A stretch of 62,079 bases of DNA, the filler included, from Deltaproteobacteria bacterium (GTDB lineage Bacteria; JAEEML01): assembly GCA_016283195.1 (NCBI GenBank). It is 5 parts of 5 records of this genome, joined end to end, with 100 filler letters (N's around TTAATTAATTAA, not from the genome) between each part and the next. Parts side by side here need not be neighbours in the genome. Positions count along the whole stretch, not along the records: positions 1 to 22,940 come from JAEEML010000131.1; 4 more parts are not named here. One strand, 5' to 3'. The position numbers were made by a program, and so were the translations under genes. Of the stretch, positions 10,092 through 18,484 are shown piece after piece. The notes beneath the pieces are model-generated. The model had not been told where the DNA came from. It was given only the letters and a program-made list of their open reading frames with translations, and ran no database searches. The first letter of the stretch is position 1, and every line of letters starts with the position of its first letter.

Positions 10092-10753
10092 GATATCTTC
10101 TCCAAAACCGCCTCTTTGGTTCCCTGATAAAAAGTGCCTTCATGAAAAGCCAGAATATGGGTAAAAGCAGCAGGTTTTTGCTCCAGATGGTGCGAAACCG
10201 CCACCACCGCAAGCTCATGCTCCCGGCTGTACTTAGCCAAGAGTTCTAAAATCAGGGCCGCGTGGCGCTTATCCATAGCGGCTGTGGCTTCATCGAGCAA
10301 AAGCAATTGCGGAAAACGCACCAAAGCCTGGGCCAAAAGAGCGCGCTGCCGCTCGCCTGGCGAAATCTCGTGGAAGGAGCGATTTTGTAACTCCGTAAGA
10401 TTAAAGGCTTTTAATACTTCTTCTATTTGCGCCCGGTGGCGGCGATAATAAAATGGCCGCCACACGGATGAGCCGCTTTCCAGCCCCAGTGCCACCACGT
10501 CACTGACCGTTGCCGGAGCAATATTGGCGGCATCGCCAAGTTGGGCAAAATAAGCGCGATTTGGCGTTAGGTGGCAGGAGCCGCCAAGCGGCGGCAAAAA
10601 ACCTAAAAGCGTTTTTAGTAAAGTGGATTTCCCGCAGCCGTTTTCACCAATAATAGCCCAGATTTCGCCCGGCTCCACCTGCCAGCTAAGCGGCGCGGTA
10701 AGCGGCTTTTCGCGGCCAAAGGATAATCGCTCTGTTTCCAGAATATTAGTCAT
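10082..10753 (-). CDS. znuC: Metal ABC transporter ATP-binding protein
   Basis: GENGCGKST, ISPGERQR signature variant, LLLDE, H-loop; start set to the ATG overlapping the end of the upstream gene. Confidence 0.85.
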   Translation of the reverse strand: MTNILETERLSFGREKPLTAPLSWQVEPGEIWAIIGENGCGKSTLLKTLLGFLPPLGGSCHLTPNRAYFAQLGDAANIAPATVSDVVALGLESGSSVWRPFYYRRHRAQIEEVLKAFNLTELQNRSFHEISPGERQRALLAQALVRFPQLLLLDEATAAMDKRHAALILELLAKYSREHELAVVAVSHHLEQKPAAFTHILAFHEGTFYQGTKEAVLEKISWN

Positions 10754-11537
10754 GGTGATGCTCATCTTTGTGTTCATGCTCGTGCTCTTCGCCTTCCGCT
10801 TCCAAGGTGGCGTGGGCGCTAAAGAGGTCGGTAAATTCGATATCGCCATCTATTACCTCGGCGAGTTCATTTAGCATTTCGCCCAAAATTTCTAGCTCAA
10901 AGGAAAGCTTCTGCTTTTCCGCGCTCTTCCGAGTGATATTAAGCTCCAGCGGGTGACTTATGGTGATTTCTTCCTGATGCACTTCTCCATCATGCTGATG
11001 ACTATTGCTAAAAGTTAGCTCACTTGAGCCGTCCAGCACTTTTAGCTCCACTTGGTCGATGGTGAGGCTGATTTTATTAATTTCGCCATAAGAGAGCGGA
11101 ATTTCCGGTAAATTGCCAAATGACACTTCCTGATTTAAAGCCGTAAGCAGCGCACTATGGTCACAGGAAATTTTGGCCACCTCTTGTAACTTACTGGTAG
11201 CGCCGCTAAGTTTTTTCTTTATCTCGTCGATACTTTCGACCTGATCGGAATTTTTTATGTGGCAGTGGCCGGCATGGCAGTTATAGTAGGGCTCCGGCGG
11301 GTTATTTATGTCAAATTCCACCGCTTTCCCGCCGCTAACTGTTTCATTATAAAGGGCAATTTCACTAATATGCAGCTTTAGTGAGTTTAAGCTGTAAGGC
11401 GCGATTTTTTCATCTTCGTCTCTAACTATTTTGGCAGTTAAGGCCAAATCAAGCATGGCTCCCGCTTCACCAGAGCCGCAGGCGGTAAGAGAGTTAAGAG
11501 TTAAAATTAAAGCTAAAATATTAATAATCTTTTTCAT
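10746..11537 (-). CDS. His-rich metal-binding lipoprotein
   Basis: Lipobox LTAC; CHAGHCH motif; C-terminal EHEHEHKDEHHHD. Confidence 0.75.
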   Translation of the reverse strand: MKKIINILALILTLNSLTACGSGEAGAMLDLALTAKIVRDEDEKIAPYSLNSLKLHISEIALYNETVSGGKAVEFDINNPPEPYYNCHAGHCHIKNSDQVESIDEIKKKLSGATSKLQEVAKISCDHSALLTALNQEVSFGNLPEIPLSYGEINKISLTIDQVELKVLDGSSELTFSNSHQHDGEVHQEEITISHPLELNITRKSAEKQKLSFELEILGEMLNELAEVIDGDIEFTDLFSAHATLEAEGEEHEHEHKDEHHHD

Positions 11538-11552
11538 AATTCACCTCAAATA

Positions 11553-12830
11553 TTAGTAGTTATGGGCCGGATGACTGCCGGCTGTAAATTCTAAAGCCAA
11601 AAAGAGCGCCCAGATGGGTTTATCAAGCCATTTGGGAATATCGACCGAAGCCTGCCCGCGAATACGCGTAAAGTGCGAAGGCGTCCAGGTGAGCTGGTAA
11701 GCCGCCCGCCAGCGATCTTTGGTCCAGGCCGGGTCTAGGTAATCATTTAAAAGGCCGCTGCCATATTCGCCGCGAACAGCAGTACCGATAAATTTATTAA
11801 TCTGCCATAAGAGCTCCGCATAGCCGGCGCCGTCAAAGAGCATGTCGCCGGGAATCTGGCGAGTGCGCAAAAAGATTTCCGCCTGCAAAACAATGAACAT
11901 TTCCGGGTATTTAGCCGGCGAAAACTTTAGATGCAAATCGCTGGCATAAATATTAGTGCGGTTGCCCCGGCCGGTATTGTTGGGGCCAAACTGAGCGCTT
12001 ATGCCCCAAAAGAGGCCAACTTGCTTACCCATGGCAAAAAACTGTTTTATGGCCGCCGTATAGAGAAAATCGCTAAAGCCGGTAATCTCATTTTCGGTAT
12101 TTAAAAAGCTGCGGTTGCTGGCACTGGAGGTGGACATCTGGGCCGAGCCTACAATCTCCACATACCAAGGCAAGGGAGTGAGCCAGGAGATCTCGAGTCC
12201 CAGGCCGCGGTTACCTTCCGAGCCATACATTTTGCCGATAACAAAGGGCTGATCGACAAAATCCCAGCTATGGGGATGAGTGGCATTGAGGCGGCCGATA
12301 CGCGATAAAAACTGGCCGGCGCGCACTTGCAAACCGCCGGGCAAAGCCAGAGTAGTGACATAAGCCTCTTCCAGCTCCACGCCGGCAAGCGAAAAGACCA
12401 AATTGGCATCCGTGCGGAAGATATGGTCAACAGCTGCCCCCATATAGAGCTCAAGTTGCTGTAAATTAAATCCCAGCTTAGTTGGATCGTGAGCCCCTGT
12501 TTGCAGATTATCGGCCGAAAACCAGGCCAGAGCGAAATCGCCGGTGAGGGCAATATCTAAACTTATTTTTTGCATAAATGATTGAAATTTTTCCTTAAAA
12601 TTTTGTGGTTTTGTTTCCTCCCTGGTGGTTGGTTCATCATTTTTCTCTTCATTAAAAGCGCCATCTATGGCCGCTTCTTCGGCGGCCGAAAGGGGCGCCG
12701 AAACTTCCGAAGCGCCATCAGCTACATAGGCTTCGTCGCTCATACTATCAGTGGTAGCATCTATACTACCAGGCGCTGCCGCTACCATAAGGGGCAGCAG
12801 CGCCATTAAGTAAAATGGATACATTTTCAC
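11553..12830 (-). CDS. Outer-membrane beta-barrel of the 'zinc-regulated TonB-dependent receptor' annotation class
   Basis: Signal peptide; GAHDP, GFNLQQLEL, ELEEAY, RLNATHPHSWDFVDQP and C-terminal GSHPAHNY. Confidence 0.75.
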   Translation of the reverse strand: MKMYPFYLMALLPLMVAAAPGSIDATTDSMSDEAYVADGASEVSAPLSAAEEAAIDGAFNEEKNDEPTTREETKPQNFKEKFQSFMQKISLDIALTGDFALAWFSADNLQTGAHDPTKLGFNLQQLELYMGAAVDHIFRTDANLVFSLAGVELEEAYVTTLALPGGLQVRAGQFLSRIGRLNATHPHSWDFVDQPFVIGKMYGSEGNRGLGLEISWLTPLPWYVEIVGSAQMSTSSASNRSFLNTENEITGFSDFLYTAAIKQFFAMGKQVGLFWGISAQFGPNNTGRGNRTNIYASDLHLKFSPAKYPEMFIVLQAEIFLRTRQIPGDMLFDGAGYAELLWQINKFIGTAVRGEYGSGLLNDYLDPAWTKDRWRAAYQLTWTPSHFTRIRGQASVDIPKWLDKPIWALFLALEFTAGSHPAHNY

Positions 12831-12840
12831 CTCAGTTTTG

Positions 12841-12868
12841 CCGACAAATACACCAATGTATCTATCGG
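12841..12868 (-). promoter_or_regulatory. 12-bp mRNA hairpin between the leader ORF and the receptor RBS
   Basis: Minus-strand RNA CCGAUAGAUACA-UUGG-UGUAUUUGUCGG pairs fully using two G-U wobbles, which form only on the coding strand. Confidence 0.6.
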
Positions 12869-12903
12869 ACTGCTATTTAATTTTTGCTAATTTTTCAAAA
12901 ATA

Positions 12904-13326
12904 TTAAGCAGATGGAGGCGAATGTTTGGGAGCTATGGCTAGTACGCCGCAGCTCTTAAAGGGGCCCAAAGCATAACTAGCCACTGCACCGGTGGGTAAA
13001 AACGACTGCTGCCGGCTGGCGGCAGCCTGTAAAGAAGCGGTGCCGCCAAAGTGGGCGGCCAGGCTTAAAAGACAATGATTATCCTCGGTGGTAACAATAT
13101 TTTCGCTGAGAGAATTGAGATTTAAAGCACGGCCGGTGGTGCGTAAAATATGGTAATTAGCTGCATCTTCCGGCAAAAGAGAGTGGTGACCGCTCACCAT
13201 GTGCAGCGGCATGGCAATAAAGAGCAGGGCCTGGAACAAAGCCAAAACGCCGGCTAGACTTCTAAAGTTAGCTCCCGCCGCCGGCAAAAGGCGCAAACGG
13301 GAATATTTGTTAGTCTGCTCTTTCAT
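12904..13326 (-). CDS. DUF2946-like membrane leader protein ending in APKHSPP
   Basis: One hydrophobic segment followed by His residues, an HC motif and C-terminal LAIAPKHSPPSA; first gene of the metal-uptake operon. Confidence 0.55.
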   Translation of the reverse strand: MKEQTNKYSRLRLLPAAGANFRSLAGVLALFQALLFIAMPLHMVSGHHSLLPEDAANYHILRTTGRALNLNSLSENIVTTEDNHCLLSLAAHFGGTASLQAAASRQQSFLPTGAVASYALGPFKSCGVLAIAPKHSPPSA

Positions 13327-13509
13327 TTTTAACCACGGGTACAAACCCGCTCCATTCTCGGCGCGGCAAAATAAAACCATTGCCAGATGATGTCAAGAGC
13401 GCATAGCGTTGTTTGCTTATTTTGGGCTTAGGAGCAATTTATTTGTTATTGTCAGCCCTCTTTTAACCTTATATTATTCTGACGCCGCTTGTGGCCAGGA
13501 GGTAAAAAA

Positions 13510-13929
13510 ATGCAATATAAAGCCGTAAATAATACTTATTTTGTGACTCTTGCTCCCGGGGAGGAAATTGTCTCCTCGCTCGAAAATTTTTGCCGGGAAA
13601 CCGGCGTTAAACTGGCCTCTGTCAGCGCTATCGGCGCGGTGAACGAGATAGAAATCGGCCTCTTTCATCCGGCGGAAAAACGCTATGAAAAAGAGACCTT
13701 AAAGCGCGATTTTGAGATAACCGCGCTACTCGGCAACATTACCCAAAAAGATGGAGAACCCTACCTGCACCTGCATATTACTGTAGCCGATGAGAGCCGC
13801 CATGCCTTTGGCGGCCACTTAAACCGCGCCGTGGTGAGCGCCGCCTGCGAGATTATTGTGCAAAGCTTTGTCGGAGAAGTGGGCCGCGTTTTTAATGAAA
13901 AAATCGGGCTCAATATCTGGAAATTTTAA
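13510..13929 (+). CDS. PPC-domain (DUF296) putative DNA-binding protein
   Basis: GEEIVSSL, AIGAV, FEITALLGNI, HLHITVAD, GGHL; AGGAGG RBS. Confidence 0.9.
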   Translation: MQYKAVNNTYFVTLAPGEEIVSSLENFCRETGVKLASVSAIGAVNEIEIGLFHPAEKRYEKETLKRDFEITALLGNITQKDGEPYLHLHITVADESRHAFGGHLNRAVVSAACEIIVQSFVGEVGRVFNEKIGLNIWKF

Positions 13930-15140
13930 TGACTTTAACTATTTACGCCCCATCTGCCAAAAGCCTCACCCAGAGAGCACTTATACTCTCGGCTCTCTCT
14001 GAGGGCCCTTCTCTCTTAAATAAGCCCCTTATTTGTGACGATACGCTCTTTTTGGCTGCCGCCTTAAAAAAGCTGGGAGTGGAAATTAGCCAAAAAGCCG
14101 ATAGCTGGCAGATAGCCGGCCGGCCGGCTGAGTTTTTAGCCCCTAAGAAGCCGCTTGATGTGGGCGCCGCCGGCACAGCTCTTCGCTTTTTGGCTGCTTT
14201 TTCGCTCTTTTTGCCCTTTTCTTTTCGCCTGACCGGCGCTAGGCGCCTTAGCGAGCGGCCTATACAGCCGCTACTCACTTTTTTGCAAAATTTGGGTATT
14301 AAGGCCGAATTTGAGCGCAGCGCAGACAGTTGGAGTATTTTATTAAATGGTCAAAATAAAAGAGCAATAACCAAAGAGCCGCTCGCCGTTTCGGTGGCGG
14401 AGAGCAGCCAGTTTTTGAGCGGCTTACTCATGGCGGCGCCCCTTAGCGGGCAAAAAATGCGCTTTAGGCCGGCCGGCGCTCCCGTCTCCTGGCCCTATGT
14501 GGAAATGACCAAAAAGATGATGGCCCTTTGGGGCGGGAGCGTTATGGATGACGGCCAGGTTATAACTATCTCAAGTGGCTGTTATCATGGCATAAATTAT
14601 AGCGTGCCCGGCGACTTTTCGGCGGCGGCTTATATTTGGGCGGCGGCCAAAATCCGCCGCGTAGAGGTGAATATTCCCAACTGCCTGGCCAGCGGCATGC
14701 AGCCCGATGAGCACATTTTGGCATATATGAGCCAAATAGAGCGCGGCGAAAAGGTGACTATAAACTTGAAAGAGTCGCCCGATCTTTTGCCGCCGCTGGC
14801 TGTTTGGGCTCTTTTTGCCGGAAAACAAGTTGTTTTTACTAATATTTCTCATGTGGATTTAAAAGAGTCGCCGCGCGGGGCAATGCTGGCTAATGAGCTC
14901 AGGAAAGTGGGGGCCAATATAAGCTGGGACGGCTCTACTTTGGCTATTAACCCGGCACCATTACATAGTGGTGCTATGCTAGAGACAGCCGGTGACCACC
15001 GCCTGGCTATGGCTTTTGGGCTACTTGGCCTCTTTTTGCCCCAAATAGCTATAGATGACCGGGAATGTGTAGCCAAATCCTACCCGGAATTTTGGGAGAT
15101 GCTGGGCGAGCTGGAGCACGTTCATAGCCAGCAGTGCTAA
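13929..15140 (+). CDS. aroA: 3-phosphoshikimate 1-carboxyvinyltransferase
   Basis: KSLTQRAL, GTALRF, SSQFLSGLLMA, LKES, DHRLAMAF, VAKSYPEFW. Confidence 0.9.
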   Translation: MTLTIYAPSAKSLTQRALILSALSEGPSLLNKPLICDDTLFLAAALKKLGVEISQKADSWQIAGRPAEFLAPKKPLDVGAAGTALRFLAAFSLFLPFSFRLTGARRLSERPIQPLLTFLQNLGIKAEFERSADSWSILLNGQNKRAITKEPLAVSVAESSQFLSGLLMAAPLSGQKMRFRPAGAPVSWPYVEMTKKMMALWGGSVMDDGQVITISSGCYHGINYSVPGDFSAAAYIWAAAKIRRVEVNIPNCLASGMQPDEHILAYMSQIERGEKVTINLKESPDLLPPLAVWALFAGKQVVFTNISHVDLKESPRGAMLANELRKVGANISWDGSTLAINPAPLHSGAMLETAGDHRLAMAFGLLGLFLPQIAIDDRECVAKSYPEFWEMLGELEHVHSQQC

Positions 15141-16018
15141 GGCCCCGCCAAAACTGCCCGCAATTCTTCCATAAAAAGCTCAGACACCGGCGTAAACTGC
15201 TGATGCTTTTTCCATATAATATACATTTTCGTCTCCAGCCTGGGTGCCAGCGGTCTGAAGCATAATTCACTTCCGGAAGAGGTATCGGCCAGTTTATCAA
15301 ACGTCAGCATATACCCAAGGCCTTCCCTGACAAAGACACTGCCGTTATAAAAAAGATTCAAGGTGGTAAATATATTCAGTTTTTCAACTTTATCTCCGCA
15401 CCAGCGCGGAAAATCTGTATGAATTGCCTGCACCGAACAGATGAGTGGCAAACCGATTAAGTCTTCGTAATAAATAGATTTCTTCTCAGCCAGCTTGCTG
15501 TCTTTGCGCATGACAACGCCCCAGACATCGGGTATGGGAATTTCGATATAATTATATTTTGCCAGATCCGGCGCCTCGCAAATCAGCCCAAAATCCAGCT
15601 GTCCGCGATTTAATCTTTCGGCCACCTGTTCAGTATTGCCGCTCGTTAAGTGATAGCGAACCCCCGGGTATTTTGCTAAAAATGATTTCACCGCCTGGGC
15701 AATATAGCGAATTTGATAAGATTCCGCACAACCGATGTAGATATCTCCGCCCGTGATATCATCCAGCGCTTGAAATTCCCCCACCGTTTTGTCAATCATG
15801 GCCACGATATCTTCTGCGCGCTGCAATAGTAGCATACCTTCTTCGGTCAGATTCATGCTGGCACTGCCGCGCCGAAAGAGTTTTTTACTAAGCTCTTCTT
15901 CCAGCTCTTTCATTTGCTTTGATAAAGCCGGCTGCGAAATATGAAGCCGCTCTGCCGCCCGTGTCATATTGCCCTCGCGGGCAATCACGATAAAATTTCT
16001 TAAAATCCGCACTTCCAT
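15137..16018 (-). CDS. LysR-family transcriptional regulator
   Basis: MEVRILRNF...MTRAAERLHISQPALSKQMKELEEEL HTH; divergent from the hydrolase gene. Confidence 0.93.
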   Translation of the reverse strand: MEVRILRNFIVIAREGNMTRAAERLHISQPALSKQMKELEEELSKKLFRRGSASMNLTEEGMLLLQRAEDIVAMIDKTVGEFQALDDITGGDIYIGCAESYQIRYIAQAVKSFLAKYPGVRYHLTSGNTEQVAERLNRGQLDFGLICEAPDLAKYNYIEIPIPDVWGVVMRKDSKLAEKKSIYYEDLIGLPLICSVQAIHTDFPRWCGDKVEKLNIFTTLNLFYNGSVFVREGLGYMLTFDKLADTSSGSELCFRPLAPRLETKMYIIWKKHQQFTPVSELFMEELRAVLAGP

Positions 16019-16223
16019 AGTAGCCGCCACCTCCTGGTGTTATTCTAAAATAGAATAACATGAAATAAAATATAAATATTGGATATTTCATCCCCATAGC
16101 GGTATCAGCATATTGTAAGGGCGCGGCGCCTTGGCTAAAGGCCGCCGGCCATGCCGGCAAGCTATTGGGGGCAGCCAGGCATGGATCCCCCAACAATTAC
16201 CCCCCAAAACAGCGAGGTATTTT

Positions 16224-17378
16224 ATGAAAAAAATCACTCTCTTAGTCTTATGGCCATTATTTTTCGCCGCTTGCAGCAGCAATTCCACAGGCTCTCACGA
16301 TTGCCCGCAAAATTTAAACCCAAACGCTGCCCCCAAAGCAGTAAAACCGGCTAATGAAGCCAATAACCAAGGAGTAGAAGCCATGAATCTGGAGCAAAAA
16401 TGGGACAAAGTCTTTAAAGAGAGCAGCAAAGTAAAGCACCAAAAAGTCACTTTCCGTAACCGTTTCGGCATCACGCTCGCCGCTGATATGTATATTCCCC
16501 AAGATGCTGCCGCTAAGAAACTCCCGGCCATCGCTGTTTCCGGCCCCTTTGGCGCGGTGAAGGAGCAATCGTCCGGTTTATATGCTCAAACTCTGGCCGA
16601 GCGCGGCTTTTTAACCATCGCCTTTGACCCCTCTTTTACCGGCGAATCGGGCGGCGAGCCGCGCTACATGAACTCTCCGGATATCAATACCGAGGATTTT
16701 AGCGCTGCTGTTGATTTTCTTACGGCCCATGAGCTCGTAAATCCCGACGCCATCGGCATTTTGGGCATCTGCGGCTGGGGCGGCATGGCTATCAATGCGG
16801 CCGCCATCGACACGCGCATCAAAGCCACTGTGGCCTCAACCATGTACGACATGAGCCGCGTTACCGCTAAAGGCTACAACGATTCTGCCGATTCCGCCGC
16901 AGCCCGCCAGGCTCTCCGCAAGCAAATGAGCGATCAGCGCACTATTGATTATAAAAAGGGCACTTATGAGCGTGCCGGCGGCGTTATCGATCCGCTCCCC
17001 GATAACGCCCCGCAGTTTGTTAAAGACTATTATGCCTATTACAAAACGCCGCGCGGCTACCATAAGCGCTCCCTCAACTCCAACGAAGGCTGGGCCAAAA
17101 CCGCCGCCATCTCTCTGCTCAACAGTAAACTACTCGCTTATGCTGATGAAATTGTAAATCCCGTTCTCATCATCCACGGCGAAAAAGCCCACAGCCGCTA
17201 CTTTAGCGAGGGCGCTTTTGCCAAGATGACCGGCCGCCATGTAAAAAACGAAAACGCCACCGTCGGCAATAAGGAAATTATGATCATCCCCGGCGCCAAT
17301 CATGTGGATTTATATGATAATATGGAGAAAATCCCCTTTGATAAGCTGGAGAAGTTTTTTAGGGAGAATTTGAAATAA
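16224..17378 (+). CDS. Alpha/beta hydrolase (YcjY-like) with N-terminal lipoprotein signal
   Basis: GPFGAVKEQ, AFDPSFTGESGGEPR, GICGWGG nucleophile elbow, HVDLYD; FAAC lipobox. Confidence 0.85.
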   Translation: MKKITLLVLWPLFFAACSSNSTGSHDCPQNLNPNAAPKAVKPANEANNQGVEAMNLEQKWDKVFKESSKVKHQKVTFRNRFGITLAADMYIPQDAAAKKLPAIAVSGPFGAVKEQSSGLYAQTLAERGFLTIAFDPSFTGESGGEPRYMNSPDINTEDFSAAVDFLTAHELVNPDAIGILGICGWGGMAINAAAIDTRIKATVASTMYDMSRVTAKGYNDSADSAAARQALRKQMSDQRTIDYKKGTYERAGGVIDPLPDNAPQFVKDYYAYYKTPRGYHKRSLNSNEGWAKTAAISLLNSKLLAYADEIVNPVLIIHGEKAHSRYFSEGAFAKMTGRHVKNENATVGNKEIMIIPGANHVDLYDNMEKIPFDKLEKFFRENLK

Positions 17379-17380
17379 GC

Positions 17381-17480
17381 TCATAAAAACGGTGCCATGT
17401 AGGTAGGAATAAGGGTTGTAGCGCCGTTTTTAGCCAAATCTTTGGTGTAAATTAGGTATTCGGTGTAATCTTTGTCCCAA
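17381..17480 (-). pseudogene. 3' remnant of an AAA/DUF4143 ATPase gene
   Basis: Minus strand reads KDYTEYLIYTKDLAKNGATTLIPTYMAPFL*, resembling typical C-termini of this family; the rest of the gene is absent. Confidence 0.55.
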
Positions 17481-17534
17481 AGCAAAGCGTTACAAACAAA
17501 CCATTTTCCGCTTTCCCGCAAATTTTTTTGGTCT

Positions 17535-17591
17535 AAAAACACCGTACCCCCAAAATTTTTTCAGGCAAAAAACACCGTACCCCCGAAATTT
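17535..17591. repeat. Two direct repeats AAAAACACCGTACCCCCrAAATTT with 33-bp period
   Basis: ACCGTACCCCC begins at 17541 and 17574. Confidence 0.85.
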
Positions 17592-17617
17592 GCCGGCTAA
17601 AGCAGAGCCGCAGCGCC

Positions 17618-17699
17618 GGCGCCCTCACCCTGACAAGTAGCGAAAATTATTGGCATCTCGCCCCTCTCTGTTTTTACAAACAGCGAGGGGCGCCGCAGG
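17618..17699 (+). repeat. Dispersed hairpin repeat, copy 2
   Basis: GGCGCCCTCACCCTGACAAGTA...CCCCTCTCTGTTT-TTAC-AAACAGCGAGGGGCGCCGCAGG. Confidence 0.85.
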
Positions 17700-17885
17700 T
17701 TCAAATGGTTCACTTTCTTCAGGCAAACGACATGAATTTGCTCAAGTTTCCTCTTGCGCCGCTAGGGGCGCTATGCTAGCGTGACTTCATTCGCGTTTTG
17801 TGTTAAAATATTCACTGCGATTTGGAGGGCTTAATGGCTTCGCGCAAAAAAACTTAACAATATTAGCAAATTACCGGTGCTTACC

Positions 17886-17940
17886 GCCCTCACCCCGCCG
17901 CTTTGCGGCACCCCTCTCCATTTTTACAAATAGAGAGGGG
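17886..17940 (+). repeat. Dispersed hairpin repeat, copy 3
   Basis: GCCCTCACCCC-GCCGC-TTT-GCGGC-ACCCCTCTCCATTT-TTAC-AAATAGAGAGGGG. Confidence 0.85.
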
Positions 17941-17993
17941 AATTTACAATAATTCTCAGCAGTTGCTGGGGTAACGGCAAAGAGGAGGGCATC

Positions 17994-18278
17994 ATGGCTG
18001 CCGAATTTGTACTTACCTATATGAGCGGCGACCGGGCGCGCTGGGCCAGACAATTTCAGGATGAAATGGCCGATATAGATAGAAGATCCAGCGCGGCTGC
18101 GATATTGGAAAAGGGCATGGAAAAGGGCATGGAAAAAGGCCGGGCAGAAGGCCGGGCAGAAGGCCGAACAGAAGCAATGCTGGAACTAGTAAAGAGTAAA
18201 CTCCTCTCCGCCGCCGAAGCGGCCCGGCGCCTTAATATGTCCGAAAGCGAGCTAAAAAAGCTCTTGGAAGAGAACTAA
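17994..18278 (+). CDS. Small protein resembling the C-terminus of Rpn/YhgA-like nucleases
   Basis: AGGAGG RBS; EKGMEKGMEKGRAEGRAEGRTE repeats followed by an HTH-like LSAAEAARRLNMSESEL; no nuclease domain. Confidence 0.65.
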   Translation: MAAEFVLTYMSGDRARWARQFQDEMADIDRRSSAAAILEKGMEKGMEKGRAEGRAEGRTEAMLELVKSKLLSAAEAARRLNMSESELKKLLEEN

Positions 18279-18350
18279 GCCAACTATACTGTTCACTGTT
18301 CCGCTCCGCTATGGAGCCGTTCTCAACCACCGCATTTGGCTTTTTTTAAT

Positions 18351-18423
18351 CCCTCACCCCGACAAGTATTGGATTTTATTGGCATCTCTCCCCTCTCCGT
18401 TTTTACAAACAGCGAGGGGCTCA
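18351..18423 (+). repeat. Dispersed hairpin repeat, copy 4
   Basis: CCCTCACCCCGACAAGTATTGGATTTTATTGGCATCTCTCCCCTCTCCGTTT-TTAC-AAACAGCGAGGGGCTCA. Confidence 0.85.
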
Positions 18424-18484
18424 GGTTGCGTAACTTGGCGATAGCGCTGGATAATTAGGCAGAAGCGGGCAAAAAAGTTGGTGT

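Noticed and set aside
17618-18423. Hairpin repeats as integron attC sites
   Set aside because: No RYYYAAC/GTTRRRY ends, no integrase, and copies also follow housekeeping genes.
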